In this document: positions 11,063-24,200 of the stretch, in pieces
Numbering within the stretch: the stretch's first letter is position 1
Layout: every line of letters starts with the position of its first letter
Source: Antedon mediterranea
Lineage: Eukaryota > Animalia > Echinodermata
Direction: 5' to 3'
Assembly: GCF_964355755.1 (NCBI RefSeq)
Contig: NC_092674.1
Location: 26,474,001 to 26,538,000, forward strand
DNA: 64,000 nt
The notes under the pieces: model-generated
The model's database searches: none
Told to the model about the DNA's origin: nothing
Seen by the model: the letters and a program-made list of their open reading frames with translations, nothing else
Made by a program: the position numbers and the translations under genes

Positions 11063-14000
11063 TTATTTTATCTTATTTATAAGCTTTAATTCTTCCGTAC
11101 ATTTACTTTTCTTCTTCTTTCTGACATGATATGGTAACAATCGTGAATACAAAGGAACACATAATATCAGTATTGATGTAATGAATATTGAGAGGGAACC
11201 AAACGCCCACCGTACGCCATGCTGTACGTAAACTTCTGTCCCAAACAGTGGACCAATTGTTTTACCCACACTACCAACTCCAGTGAAGAAGCCCATGTAT
11301 AGTCCCTGTTGAGACATGTAAATTGGTATAGTTAGGTTTCCGCACATAATTAACAACAAATGACAGGGTCTAACAAATTAAGCAACATATTCATAATTAT
11401 TTCCGTTTCTATAAATTATACTGAAAAGAATAAGATAAGATACATCTTTGTTGTTATGACCACAACAAGGCTAACATAAAATTTGTTTTTCCTTGATGCT
11501 TAAAATAGACACACAATACAGAAAAACATAATACTTAACAGTAATAAATATCAATACAATATATAAAGAACAAAATTGGAAAAATTACATTGTTACAAGA
11601 AGGATAAAAATCTTAACTCTTTGAAATGTTAAAGATGTATTGTCCCTTGAAACACAAAAAAATGAAGGTCAAAATATTATTTTAAGTCGAAAATTCGAGC
11701 GAAAAACAACAAGTTCACGTAATTAACAGGTAAATTAATTTTTTTACATTTCGTCTGGAAAATTATCATGAGCGAAAGTAAACAAAGATTTTAAACCATG
11801 AGTATGCATTATGCATGATTCTAATTAGGATTGTTTACAACTCGTCACGGTTGAGAAGGTGTTTTCACACAGATCGCGAGGAAGTTTTATGATTATGCAT
11901 ACAGAGTAGCTAATTAAGCACGTTGCATTATGAGATATGTTTTGATCAAAAACTTTGACTGGAAGTCTAAGTTATTTTTTTAACAAAAAAACGTCTGTAT
12001 TTCAGTTAAACGATTTTTTTTTCGACAAATTTTTTGTGAAAGTTAATAACTATTTTGATACTTCAAAATGACCCACTTTTTTCGAAATCCTTTTTTTTTT
12101 TTTTTTGGAATTAGTCAAAGGGACAATACATCTTTAAGTTGGAGACATGTATTGAAAATTATTTCCTACATTGAGTATAGTAAATTGTTTTTTAAAGGAC
12201 GGATTCTACCTGAATTATTAACTTATTATTTAACGGACGTAAGCTATCCTCCATTAATATAAAGAAAAGAGTTATAGAGACTTCTATAAAGATATTTATT
12301 AAGTATTCTCTCACCTGTGGGCGTGGTCCTAGAATCTTACTATACATAGTATAAAGTATAACTTGCGATGTCGAGTAACCAATTGCAAACATACACATGG
12401 CGAGATAGAAGAATGGCAGAACCATATTTGGAGTGTTGCTACACCAATCATAATGCCAGGGGCAACCTCCACCCTCGTCATCAAAAGTGACTACGCAAAA
12501 GAAAAAATAATTGAGTAGTTAATTAATACAATGTAAAAATCAATAGAACTTTCCTATATGTTTCAGACCTTCTAAAGTGTGGTTCCCACTAGAACCCAAC
12601 GCAGCGACGTATCGACGCAAAGTGCTGTATTGCGTAATCACATGGGAACGACGACAAAACAGTGCTGCAAATATCGCAGATTTGATTTCACGCAGGCGGG
12701 GGCAAACATAATTATTGGAAGGGTTGCGTTACGTTGCGTCACTAGTGGGAATCACGCTTTAAAGTGCGTGATACTCATATTATGAGATACCGGTAGTGGT
12801 TTATTTTGTATTTATATATACATTGAAATTACTTACTGTTAGCAGGTCTTTTCAGATGATGTCTTCCAAACGGAATAAAGAAACACACACCTGAACTCAA
12901 AATAAGCATACCCACAACGAACACGATTCTATCACCTAACCTGAAATGAAATGTTACAAGAAAATAGAGAAACACATCAACAAGTTTCATCCATTTAAAT
13001 TTTTGTAAAATACAACTAAAACACATCATTTAATGCAGATAAAATACATAGTTTAAAATACAAAATACTAGCAAGATTGGTGTGTGAGAGGGTATAGCAT
13101 AAAATAATCAACGTTTCCAAGTTTAGTTTAGTAGAGAGTAAATGTAGCTCTGCACATATTGTATCTGAATCAATCATTTTAATTTTAGGAATCTATATTA
13201 TACAAAAAAAAGATTAATTGTGGTACACTTACTTTGAAGAGAGAACTTTTAGTAAAAGTACTGATCCTATTCCTAATATTGCTAATAATGCCATGATAAG
13301 ACTAATATTACGAACGGCTAAGGATCGACTCCAACCAAGTATATGCATTGCGTAAGGAGAAGCTAATCTGAAATTTATAAAAATTATCAGGTTAGAAAAC
13401 TGCATTTATTATTAACAACAAGATGAAAAGAAGAGTAAACTGTTATCCAAAATAATTATCGTAACAATATAAACACAGTAGGCCTGTAAGTAATGTAAAG
13501 TTCAGAAACACTTTTATTGGATATGATGTTAAATTGCTGTCTACTCACGTTTCTGTAAAAGAAAATGTTACCATTATGCCACAGTAAGCTAGGTTAATGT
13601 AGAAGCATGTTACCAATTCAGATCTGTATTCTTCTGTCGTTTCTTCTGTGTAATTAATAACGAATAAAATATTGAAGAATGAGGGGTAAAAGAAAGAGGT
13701 GTGAAATAATGAGAGGAGAAAGCTAAAGTACTGTTACTGTTGGTGCTTGGAACTTTTGGTGAGAAACAGGGTTTTTTTGAATGGCCTAAAATGTTGTTAA
13801 ATATGTTTAAACTGAAGATTCTAACGATTTTTAGAGCAGGGAAATCAACAATTTGAAAATTCTTTGTTTTTTTATCCTGTATTACCTTTGCAAATGTAAT
13901 TTTTTTAAATTAGGTTTTGTACATAATTTACTTTAAGTTTCCTTGTAAATAGGCTTATTATATCTTTTTTCCTTTAACTTTTATTTTACTTACACCACTG

Positions 14001-17000
14001 TTTTAAAAGTGTAGCTTATAAATGACCAATTTCTTTAAAAATTAAAATGTTGTATTTTTATTTAGCGCCGCCCATTAGAAATAATGTTAAATAAATCAAT
14101 GTTAAAAAAGTAATTGTAGACCAAAGGCGATGTTATGACGTCGTGAAAACAACCACCTTTAGGAACGCATTGAAGATTTAATTACAGTGTATATAAAACA
14201 GCTTTAAAAATCATCAATTCAATATGATGAAGTTTGCAACAGTTTTACCTTCATACTCTCCGTCAGGGTCATCCGGGTCATCGGCTATATGAATATCCTG
14301 AAATACATAAATAATAAGTAGGAAATTGACAAGCGCCATCAACGCTATTAGTATTGACGGCATCGTGTACATGTTGATTCGAAGTTTAATAGCATCCCAA
14401 CGGATCCATTCTTCACCCAATGGAACGAATGCAGTTTGTAAAACTATTGAAAAGAGAAATAAATAGTATTTTTAAGTAAAAATTTGGTAGTGTAGACCTG
14501 GTGACAAACTCCAAAAACAGAACAATCTCCAAGTTAGGAAACACAATCGGTGCTAAGTGTGGACTGGTCATCCTGCAGGCCTACTAGCAAACTTTGAAAA
14601 AACTTTCTTGGCAAACTCTCAGAAACAAAAACGTTTGCCAGTGTGGACAAGGCTTAAATTAAAACCAAATCAATAGGCCTAGCCTAGATTTTCGATTCAT
14701 TTTTAACAGTTGACGCACGAGCAATTTCGTTTACAAGGGAATTATTAAACTAGGCAACTGCTTCTTCGGAGCAGAGAAAAAGTTGATAGCAATCTAGTTT
14801 CTTCTTATAACATTCGTGTTTATATATTGAACTTACCTGGGCCTAACAGGAAGCCCATTGTCTGTGATGCCATCAGGTGAACCGTGGCATCTGTTCGTTC
14901 TTCCAGAGTCGTTGCTGCTGAAACAAATGTCCTTGTTATTGCGATACACCCTGTGAATACATAAATGTTTAAAAGTAAGGAAAAAGAGAAAAAGACATTT
15001 TTTAGAGAAATATTTACGGACGTAAACGTGCATGTTACAATACGTATGGTTTAGTTAGGTCATTATTTGACTATGCCAGGTGCATTGCAAAACTGGCTGT
15101 CACAATGGAAGATAGGGAATTATGGAGGAATGTAGTCATAAGTTCGGGTATGTAAAGTAAGTGAAGGTTATTTTAAGCACTTAACTTATTCATCTCATTA
15201 GGGCACAAGAAAAAGTATCTCTTACCTGCCGATGCTCCTTGGATAACTCTCGAAACCAACATATAAATATGATTATTATGCTTAGGTAAGTAAAGGTATG
15301 CATACGTCACACTTGCTACAATACCCAAGAACAGCGTAACAGTGAGTGGGACTTTGCTGCCGTATTTGTTGGCCCACACGCCGCATATTGGGGCGACAAT
15401 TAGTGTTGCTAGGCTGTTAGATGCTATTATCCATCCCAGCATGCTAGTCGTGGCTTCATGGTAGATCTGAATGAAAAGGAAAAGAATCTTATTGTTTTTC
15501 ATCAATGTTTTTATCAGTATGTCTACTCTATTTCACTCCCCGTCCAACCAACTGGATCATTCCAGCTTCTTTCCTTGACATAACGGGATATGTACACGAA
15601 ACGGTAGAAAATTAGCATTATAAGTAATTTATCACACTACAGAATTAGATCTATGCCGTTGACATATATATTCCATATTGGATAAGGAAAATTTAAATCT
15701 AGTTCAGCTTTCGGCATAACTTAAACACTTACTACTTGTATACGGCCAAATAGAAGGCATAACCTTAAATACTTACTACTTGTAAATACGGCCAAATAGA
15801 CGGTATAACCATGGAATATCCAACAGCCTCGAAGAATATAGTAAAATACATAACCCGTATAGACCACCATCTCTTTCTGTATTCATCATCATGTGTTAAT
15901 TCAGTCGAATCAGCCGAACTATCCGGAGAGGTTGATCCATAACTGAAAATGTAAACGATTAATCTGATTAAAATCTGATATACAGTATATTATGTTTTAT
16001 ACCATCTAAAGCTATGTCTACACTATTACACTTTATGCATGGAGAAATAAATTAGGGTTAACTTATTTCTCCATGCTTTATGTGACAAAAAACGTGATGT
16101 GATACTGTATATGGACATGATGATGTCATATCACTACCATATTTGAGCATATCACTGCCATATTTGGGCACACTTTTTTTGTCAAACTAGTGTGAAAGTG
16201 TAGACAGAGCTTAACTCATATTTATAATTATAAATTACTTGTTTTGTTCTGTATTAATGTTTTTTAATATAGATTATTTTTATTACAGTACGATTCTAAA
16301 GTGGGGATATTATGTTACAATAGGGTATATCTATGTCTATATTTAATAGTGTACATTGTTTGAATTTAGTTCTTATTGTATGTGTTCTTGTATATTGTTA
16401 TTGAAATTTATTTTGAACAAATAAATGAATGAATTAGTGAATAAACCTGCTGACCGGATAACAAAGTGTGAATGGGTGCTGTGTTTAAGAACTGTTCACA
16501 CTTTAGTAATATGTACATTTATATCGGATTTTGTACAAAACGTACGCCTACATGTGCAGCGGTGTTTTTTCTCCGGCTTCAGAACCGAATTTAACTCGTG
16601 TGAACGTACAGTAGCTCAGACGTACAGGCTACTATCTGAATATTGGTATACTGTACATGTAGATGCAACACACAACGTTTCGTATCTAGATTTATTCACA
16701 CTTGCTATCAAAACGTGTGTTAAGGCTATAATTCCATTTGTATTTAATGATTAAGCATTACAAAGTAACGGCGGTCCTGGTCGATATTCGCGCGTTGTAT
16801 TGTTTACAATGGGTGGCTGGTCGATTTTGAATGTTAAACCTTAAACGGTGCCTAAAGTAATGATTAGTCGATATGGTATAAAATATATAAAACTTTATTA
16901 ATTCCATTGGTTGTAGGAGTAGAACGAAAAAGTAGAAAAGTCTACTGATAAGATAAAAAACATGTTTCAATAAGTAGACTTTAGTGACTTTGCGTTCCTG

Positions 17001-17266
17001 CGTTTGCCATTTTGATTGAATGACGCAGTTTTAATATCGTTGTGGGGGATATGTTATGTCACCACGTTTGGAGCATGCAATATGGCCATGGATAGTAGGC
17101 CTAGGCCTATGCATGATCTCAAAGCTAACACATTAATGAATAACCCCTGTCATCTCTATACATTTTCTTACCCATTTGTTACGTTCACTTGCCTATTTCT
17201 ATCGTAGTCTGCGTCTTCATACTTTGAGGCTATATCCGGACTTTCCGCGGATGAATATCCATCCAT
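11063..17266 (-). CDS. MFSD8: MFSD8/CLN7-like major facilitator transporter, 10 exons: 17172-17266, 15777-15942, 15226-15466, 14837-14950, 14249-14443, 13549-13645, 13233-13367, 12837-12940, 12315-12490, 11063-11305 (~521 aa)
   Basis: RWWSIRVMYFTIF, SIWPYL, GCPWHYDWCSNTP and YSKILGPRPQGLYMG...IGP match MFSD8-type motifs. GT-AG introns are in phase. It may be a lineage-specific paralog, and exon 1 is less certain. Confidence 0.88.
11633..12133. mobile_element. Kolobok-type MITE
   Basis: TIR AGATGTATTGTCCCT / AGGGACAATACATCT, flanked by TTAA on both sides. Confidence 0.75.
16010..16211. mobile_element. PIF/Harbinger-type MITE family A (other copies ~1524-1677, ~21240-21357, ~31741-31776, 45694-45844, 47122-47259, ~61125-61215)
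   Basis: TIR AGCTCTGTCTACACTATCAAACT, TAA target duplication at 16007-16009 and 16212-16214, and a shared interior. Confidence 0.85.
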
Positions 17267-18295
17267 GTTGTCTTCTTACGATGAAGTTTTACCAAAATCT
17301 ACTACGTACAACACATCGTTAATATTACAAGTATCAGAAGTCCACTACCGAGTTGACGAAAAAGAGTCCAAACAATTCAAAACAAATTATACAAGGGCTT
17401 TATATCAGACATTTCCATAGCAGCATACTATGAAGATCAAAGAACTTCAAACACAGTAACTCCAATTCAGTCTTTTAGCGTTGAGAAAGAAATACGCAAA
17501 GAACAATTTTAGATTGAAGATATCGTCGGGTGGATGAAGTATGGACAGATAGTTTTGTAAAGGCCTCTTCGTATGCAACCAATATGTCCAATATCGATAA
17601 CACTGAGACACCTTGTTGAAACAAACAAATGACCTTGTCCGTTATTTTTGGATTATCGAACCGATCACTGATTCATTTCATAGATGTCACAATATTTGAC
17701 ACGAAAGGGCTTTTCATACTATCGATTTATTAGATCAAGAATCGATTCGAATAATATGCCGAGCAGCCGAGTCGAGTCTCGCCGAGCTGTGACCAAACCT
17801 GGTGATTACTCTCTAAACCAGATCATAACAATGCTTGTTTTCTCATTCTACTGTAACTCAATTTCATTACTAAAGTCTTATTCCATCAACTTGCCAAGTA
17901 CAAAACACTAAATACAACATGACGTAGTATTTATCAATTTATTATTTACTTTTAAATGTTACTGATAATGCATTTAACGTTCTTCGTTCCCCTTAATAAC
18001 ATTTTGCAATTTCTCCTTCTAGCCACATTTTTTACTGAATAAACGTTCGCCTTAGTTTTAAAACGTACAGTATATTTCCCCTCATGCGTTTCATAACAAA
18101 GTGTGCCCTTAATAGAGGTATGTACCCAGACTAGTAACTCTTCTATTATATCTTATTTAGTTTACTTCGCAAGGGTAATTTATTTATTTATAATATTGTG
18201 AATTCTAAAAAACAGTATCAGTAATTCAATAATTTAATTAATTTGTATCAATGTGTTAAAATACATGCAGCATTAGCAGTGTGTATATTTAAGTG

Positions 18296-21200
18296 TTATG
18301 GTGTTGGACATTCCGATTTCATGATACACCTGTCCTCGTGCAGCACACGACCTGCTGGGCAGTAGCATCCCGGTTCACACTGTCGGTGGCCACAAGAGGA
18401 GTCCAGCTTCCTAGCAGTGAAGCAAGTCAGTTGGCACTCTGGAGAAGGACCACAATCATCATACAAGAAACCCGGTTCGCACTTTACACCTAGAAAACAA
18501 ACAGGTAAACTTTTAATTATTAGGCATACGTGTTAATTGTATTTCAAACACAGAAAGACCATATTGGCTTCCAAACAAGTATCCACTAGTAAAACCACTA
18601 GTTTACTTTGCACGTGAGAGTATAGAGTATAATATGTTCATGTTTTGCAGTACAAAATGACACATTCCCATAAGTTTGCTACTTCGATAATTAGTCTCCA
18701 GAACCAGACTATTATACATCGGTCCAGACGTTATGATGCATCTGCACCAAATCGCAGGCTGCAAAGGGATCTGCGCATCAAGTTGACCAAGCATACATTG
18801 TATTAGTTATAGTTATATTGTATCTATTGTCTACTTACCGCATTGTGACAATTTTCCATTATAATTCTGAAGATCTACGTTCTGTCTTTGACATTCTGTA
18901 ACATAAGCTGATAGAGATTGACAGAAACACGGTTTGTTAATACCACATACGCACGAGTCTTGCATGCAGAGGTAATAATAGTCATGTGGCTCAACGAACG
19001 AATGGCAAGCAGACAATTGACCAATTACAATGTCTTCACATTGAGTTCGCGCGTAATCAAGAACATACTGCGGTTTCCCGACGCAAGCTGGGAAATATTC
19101 CCTGGTGATGACGTTATCGTTGATGTCTGGATCTTCTTGAACCCTTTCATCTTTACAATGCCTATAACCTTTGACCTTCCAACTGTGTACCAATTCTTCG
19201 ACGCTTTTTGATGGCAGTTTTTGTCGTGTCAATGAATCATCCTTCTTATCTTTATTCATATTCCCACACAGTCCTTCCATCATTCCACTGTATTGACTTG
19301 GTACATAAATAGTTACTTTTCCATCTTCTTTCCAGATGAGTTTTACGCCACGATTAGTTATAACAGACACACCCATTGTACCAAATTCAGATATAAGGAC
19401 ATTTTGCGGATTATCATGCAGATATGGCAGTTGCACTGATTTACCAGAGACTGTCACAGACCCGTTGAAGTCAATATACACCAAGACGCAATCAATATTC
19501 AGATAAATAGCCTTCTCTGTGTAGTTTTGATTATGTTCAAGTTGAATTGAAAAATTGCCTGTGACGTAATCTCTTGCCATTGTATAACGACAATCGCCAT
19601 TGGCCAGAAACGAGTGGTCATCAAACGTCCATACTTTTTTGTTTGGCAAGATTATGCACCTTGCTGGTTCTGAAAAAAGAACATACAAGAATCTTGTTCA
19701 AACGTCTCTGAACATACTAAATTATTAACAATGATGATCTAGGCCTATAATTTACGTTCTCTTACCTGACAGACACGATGGACAACAAGTCCCAGGAAAG
19801 TGAAATGATTGTTCATTCTATAAAACAAGAAAAATATTTTCTATAGTGAATTTTTATCTTTAGAAGTTTGATACAACTGTAACGTATAAATAGATATTGC
19901 ATTTTCCTTTCCTATCCCCAATACTTGTATATAATAATACCTCAGAACATTCTAAATCTGGACACGTTTTTTGAACGCATCTCGGCCGACCGTCGACGCA
20001 ACTACACTCGGAACAATTTTCACCAGACCACCTTTCACCGACCTATACAAACATTAACATTAAAATACAGTATGAATAACAAATATTTAATTCCATACAA
20101 AATTAGTACATTTAATTACAGAAAGGTTTCTTGAAAATATTCGTTCAATACTAGTCAGGAAAAAAAACGTAAGCTACTAAAAAGTTGCTGACTCACCCTG
20201 TACACTACATCTTCGTGTTTACAATAACTGATATCTATGGAAACATGTTTTCAAATATAACAATTAAGAATAATACAGTAAGTGAACATTGGTAAAACAC
20301 CCAACAGCAAATAACTTGCCAATTACAGTATATTGAATAAACTTTATCGCGCTTAAACGAAGTCTCATTTGAGGATTGGAAGTGAAGTGGAAAGAATCGT
20401 GAGTTACAAGTTAAACCGTACCTTGGGATTGAAAGGCAACAACCAAGCTACTACTCCACTTGTTGTAGGACTTACCATTACAAGTTCTCCTGTCTGGTTG
20501 TAAAGCAAATCCATCCCTACAGGCACAATGGAATGATCCTGGGTCGTTATAGCACTGATGGTCACAATTCCCATTATCTTTCAGACATTCATTCACATCT
20601 GAGAACAAACAAAATCTTAACGTTTAACATTTTAGAAATTTCACAAGAATTTAATAAAGCATGATGTCACACGCATAATATGAATCTTGTGACGACATAT
20701 ATGACGTGGGCATCGATGTGTCGTCGGTTGTCGTCTGTACCTAGAAACTACCAACACTGTTTCAAGTAGGAGTGAGAAATAGAGCGCCAACTTTCCCGTG
20801 TGCGAACAATGAAGCGAAAGCTCATACTCATAGTATGCCTTTAGAAAATATTACATTATGTCGTATCATGTTTCTGTCTTTCGTTACCGAACATTTAATG
20901 AACAACATAAAAATTACCATATTGACACGTTTTTCCAGATCGACCTGGAAGGCATTCACATACCGCTTTGCCATCCTTTGTTATACAAGTCCCGCCATTT
21001 AAACAGTTCGTCTGCTGAACTGCACACATGTCTGTTTTGTTTGCACATCTTAGACCTAAAAGCAACAATATTCATGTTGGTACAGAAACAAGTGATCGGT
21101 TGATGGAATAAATACATTCTATCACCAACCCAGAAAAGTATTAGAAAAAGAAATCTTAATTCCATTTAAGAAACGTAGAATGATAAATACTCCTAATGCT

Positions 21201-24200
21201 TGATGCTATGTTCCATGATGTCGACAGTCAAGTATTTCAGAAACTAAACTAAAAATGTGATGTGCTCATATATGGACACGATGACGTCATATCACTGCCA
21301 TATTTGGGCACATCAAACATTTGTTGTCAAACTAGTTTGAGAGTGTAGACAGGGTTTAAAAATTAGTACTAACCATGGTATCCTGGTTGGCAGATGCAGA
21401 AAAACTCTGAAGTTCCATCCAGACATTGGGCATCATTTTTACAAGATTGTGGGTCGCAGAAGGAACTGATCAGTTCACAGTGGTGACCTTGATAGCCGAT
21501 AGGGCAGTGGCAAATGTAGCCAGTTCTGAAGTTTTCACATGATCCTCCATTTAGACACGGTGAGATGAAACACTGGTCCACATCTAAGGAATAAACATGT
21601 ATGGAACGCTGTGAATGTATTTGATGTTCATAGGCCTACATTCTACATAGCTGCTCATGTCCATATCGTTCCTCCTTCTATGCTGAACCTTTAAGAGACT
21701 CCAACGAGATTTCCCCTTAATTAGGGTGTCCTCTAAAAGGCCATTGCCCCTCCCCCTTTTCCGTTACATTGAAAAGTGTTTCCTTAAGCTTGGTTCCCAC
21801 TAGAACGTAACGCAAGGACGTAAACGCAACGCAAGCGTTTTAACCAATGGCCAGCGAAGTTATAGACAGTTACCAATCACAAGCGAATAAGCCATCGCTT
21901 GTGATTGGTCAATTCACTTGCGTTGCGTTACGTCCTTGCGTTGCGTCGCTAGTGGGAACCACGCTTTAATAGGGGTCTCTCTTTCTCCTATGTCTACGAA
22001 GATCCTTACCATGACATACATATGAATTGTAGGTAGGTAGTAAACCGCCTTGGACTGTGGTTGCAATGAGAGGCCATGCAAGAGCATTTCCGTACATCCC
22101 ACAGCTTGAGGACGATACCAAACGTTTTTCCAAAGATAGCACGTGATCAAATACGTTAACCTAGATAATTAAAGGATATTGTTATTGTCAAATACAAATT
22201 AATAGCACGGTGCTCTCAATGAAAGATATTGTTTTCTTGGTTTCCTGAATGTTGTTGTAAACATGAATCAATAAAGAAAAAAACAGCCGAAAGTTTGCAG
22301 ATAACCAAGCAAAAGAGTCAAGAAAACTAGCTACCACAGTTACAGTTAAGCTAGGTCGCAACGCAAGCGAGTTGACCAATGACAAGCGACAGTTCATAAT
22401 GAATTGGTCAAATCCCTTACGTTGCGTTACGTCGTTGTGTTGCGTCTCTAGTGGGAACCACGCATTAGTGGTGTATTTATTAGGCAAATCAAAATAACTA
22501 ACCTGACTGATTAGTCCAACGTAGCTTTCCGTTTTTACAAATGACCCGCCCAAACTATCTTGCTCTTGTCCAATAACGAACATTCCGCCACCTTTAATGA
22601 AATTACCTATTTGAACATATCCGCTATTGGCCAATACTGCGTCCATGTATATCGCCCAGAAGCCGTCAACACTATCCCATGTTACACAGACGTGATGTCT
22701 AAATCCACTGTGAAAATAACGATTTTAAACAATAAATAATAACATTCAGTACTTTAGATATCGATATATATTCTTCTTTCTTCCAATAGTGGTTCCACAA
22801 ATGCAAATCAAGCACCCACAACATGTCACATTTTGATTTTTCAATAGAATTTCCAACTCACTCATTTGCTTTCACGCCGGTAAAAACGGCCTCTCCATTT
22901 ATATATAGTATAAAACTGTTGTAATTCAATATCGTTATAGCATTATCTATTATGCTTCCATCGGACAAAGTTGTAGCGTAGGAAATCGGCGTTCCATAGT
23001 TATCTGCATCAAATGATTGCATCCAAAATGAGAGGGTGAACGCATAAAGATCTGGTAGGTCTTTGTATATTGCGTATTCAGTTGTATTAGTACTTGAGAA
23101 GTGCAGATCAAAGTTTGAACTCAGCTCTGAGAAAAGGAGAAAAGTATCTTTACATTTTGGGATTGAGTGAAACAGGAACGACATTGTTTGTAACAATTGT
23201 TAAATTGTTACAGTTGGCCCACAACATCAAGATATAATTACCAAAGGAATTATCAATTCTTAGAACGTACCACAAACCCGATTCGGCTGCTGTCATCTGA
23301 CTATCGCAAGTGTATAACACACCTTAATTATATCTCAATGACTTGCAATAGTCAGTCAAGATATACCTAATGACAGCTGCAGAATCGGGTGAATGTTGTC
23401 ATGTTGTTTCAACTTACTTGCTTGACAAAAAATACCAACGTATCCGAGTGGACAGAGACACCTGAAATCACCCATTAAATCCTCGCATTCGCCACCATTA
23501 TAACAAGTAACATTTTGACACCCATCGACCTTTATGGCGACTTCGCAGTTTAAGCCAGTGGAACCCGGGGCACACAAGCATCGATACGAATTAAAATCGG
23601 CAACACATGTGCCGTTGTTCTGGCATGGTTGCTGTTTGCATTCGTCTACTTCATTGGCACATGTGTGGCCTTCGTATCCTGGTGGGCAGCAGCAGGTGAA
23701 GTTCTGTGGAGTAGTGAAGCATCAAACTAGACAACTCAGTGAGGTTAGCAAGAAGCTTGTTTGAACACTATAATCGATAGTGTTTCGGTTAATAATTGTT
23801 AAAAAATTTTTGACACACATATGGCGTATCATACCTACATTTTTGAGTTGGAATCAATGTCATAGTTATAATTGCTTTTTAAAAAACTCAAACGCCTGAA
23901 GATAATTTAGAATAAAAGAAAGAGAAAAGGAGGAGCTAAGAATAGGCCTACATTGTTACCGTAAAGCGTGGTTCCCACAACGCGAGTTGACCAATGGCAA
24001 GCTGTTCGAATAATCCATCGCTTGTGATTAGTCAAATCACTTACGCTGGGTTACGTCTTCACGTTGCGTCGCTAGTGGGAACCAAGCTTAACTAAGGAAA
24101 ATGAACAAACACACCAGAGCGGTTATAATGGCTTACCTGGACACCGTCAAAGCACGACCCTCCGTTTACACACGGATCATTGATACAATCATCGTAGTTC

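Noticed and set aside
17087-17115. CATGGATAG...CTATGCATG palindrome as another P-type footprint
   Set aside because: There is no flanking target duplication, and the symmetry is largely due to tandem TAGGCCTA motifs.
20918-20940. Suspected frameshift in an EGF exon of the SVEP1-like gene
   Set aside because: Recounting the homopolymer gives GGA AAA ACG TGT CAA TAT, which is in frame with the next exon.
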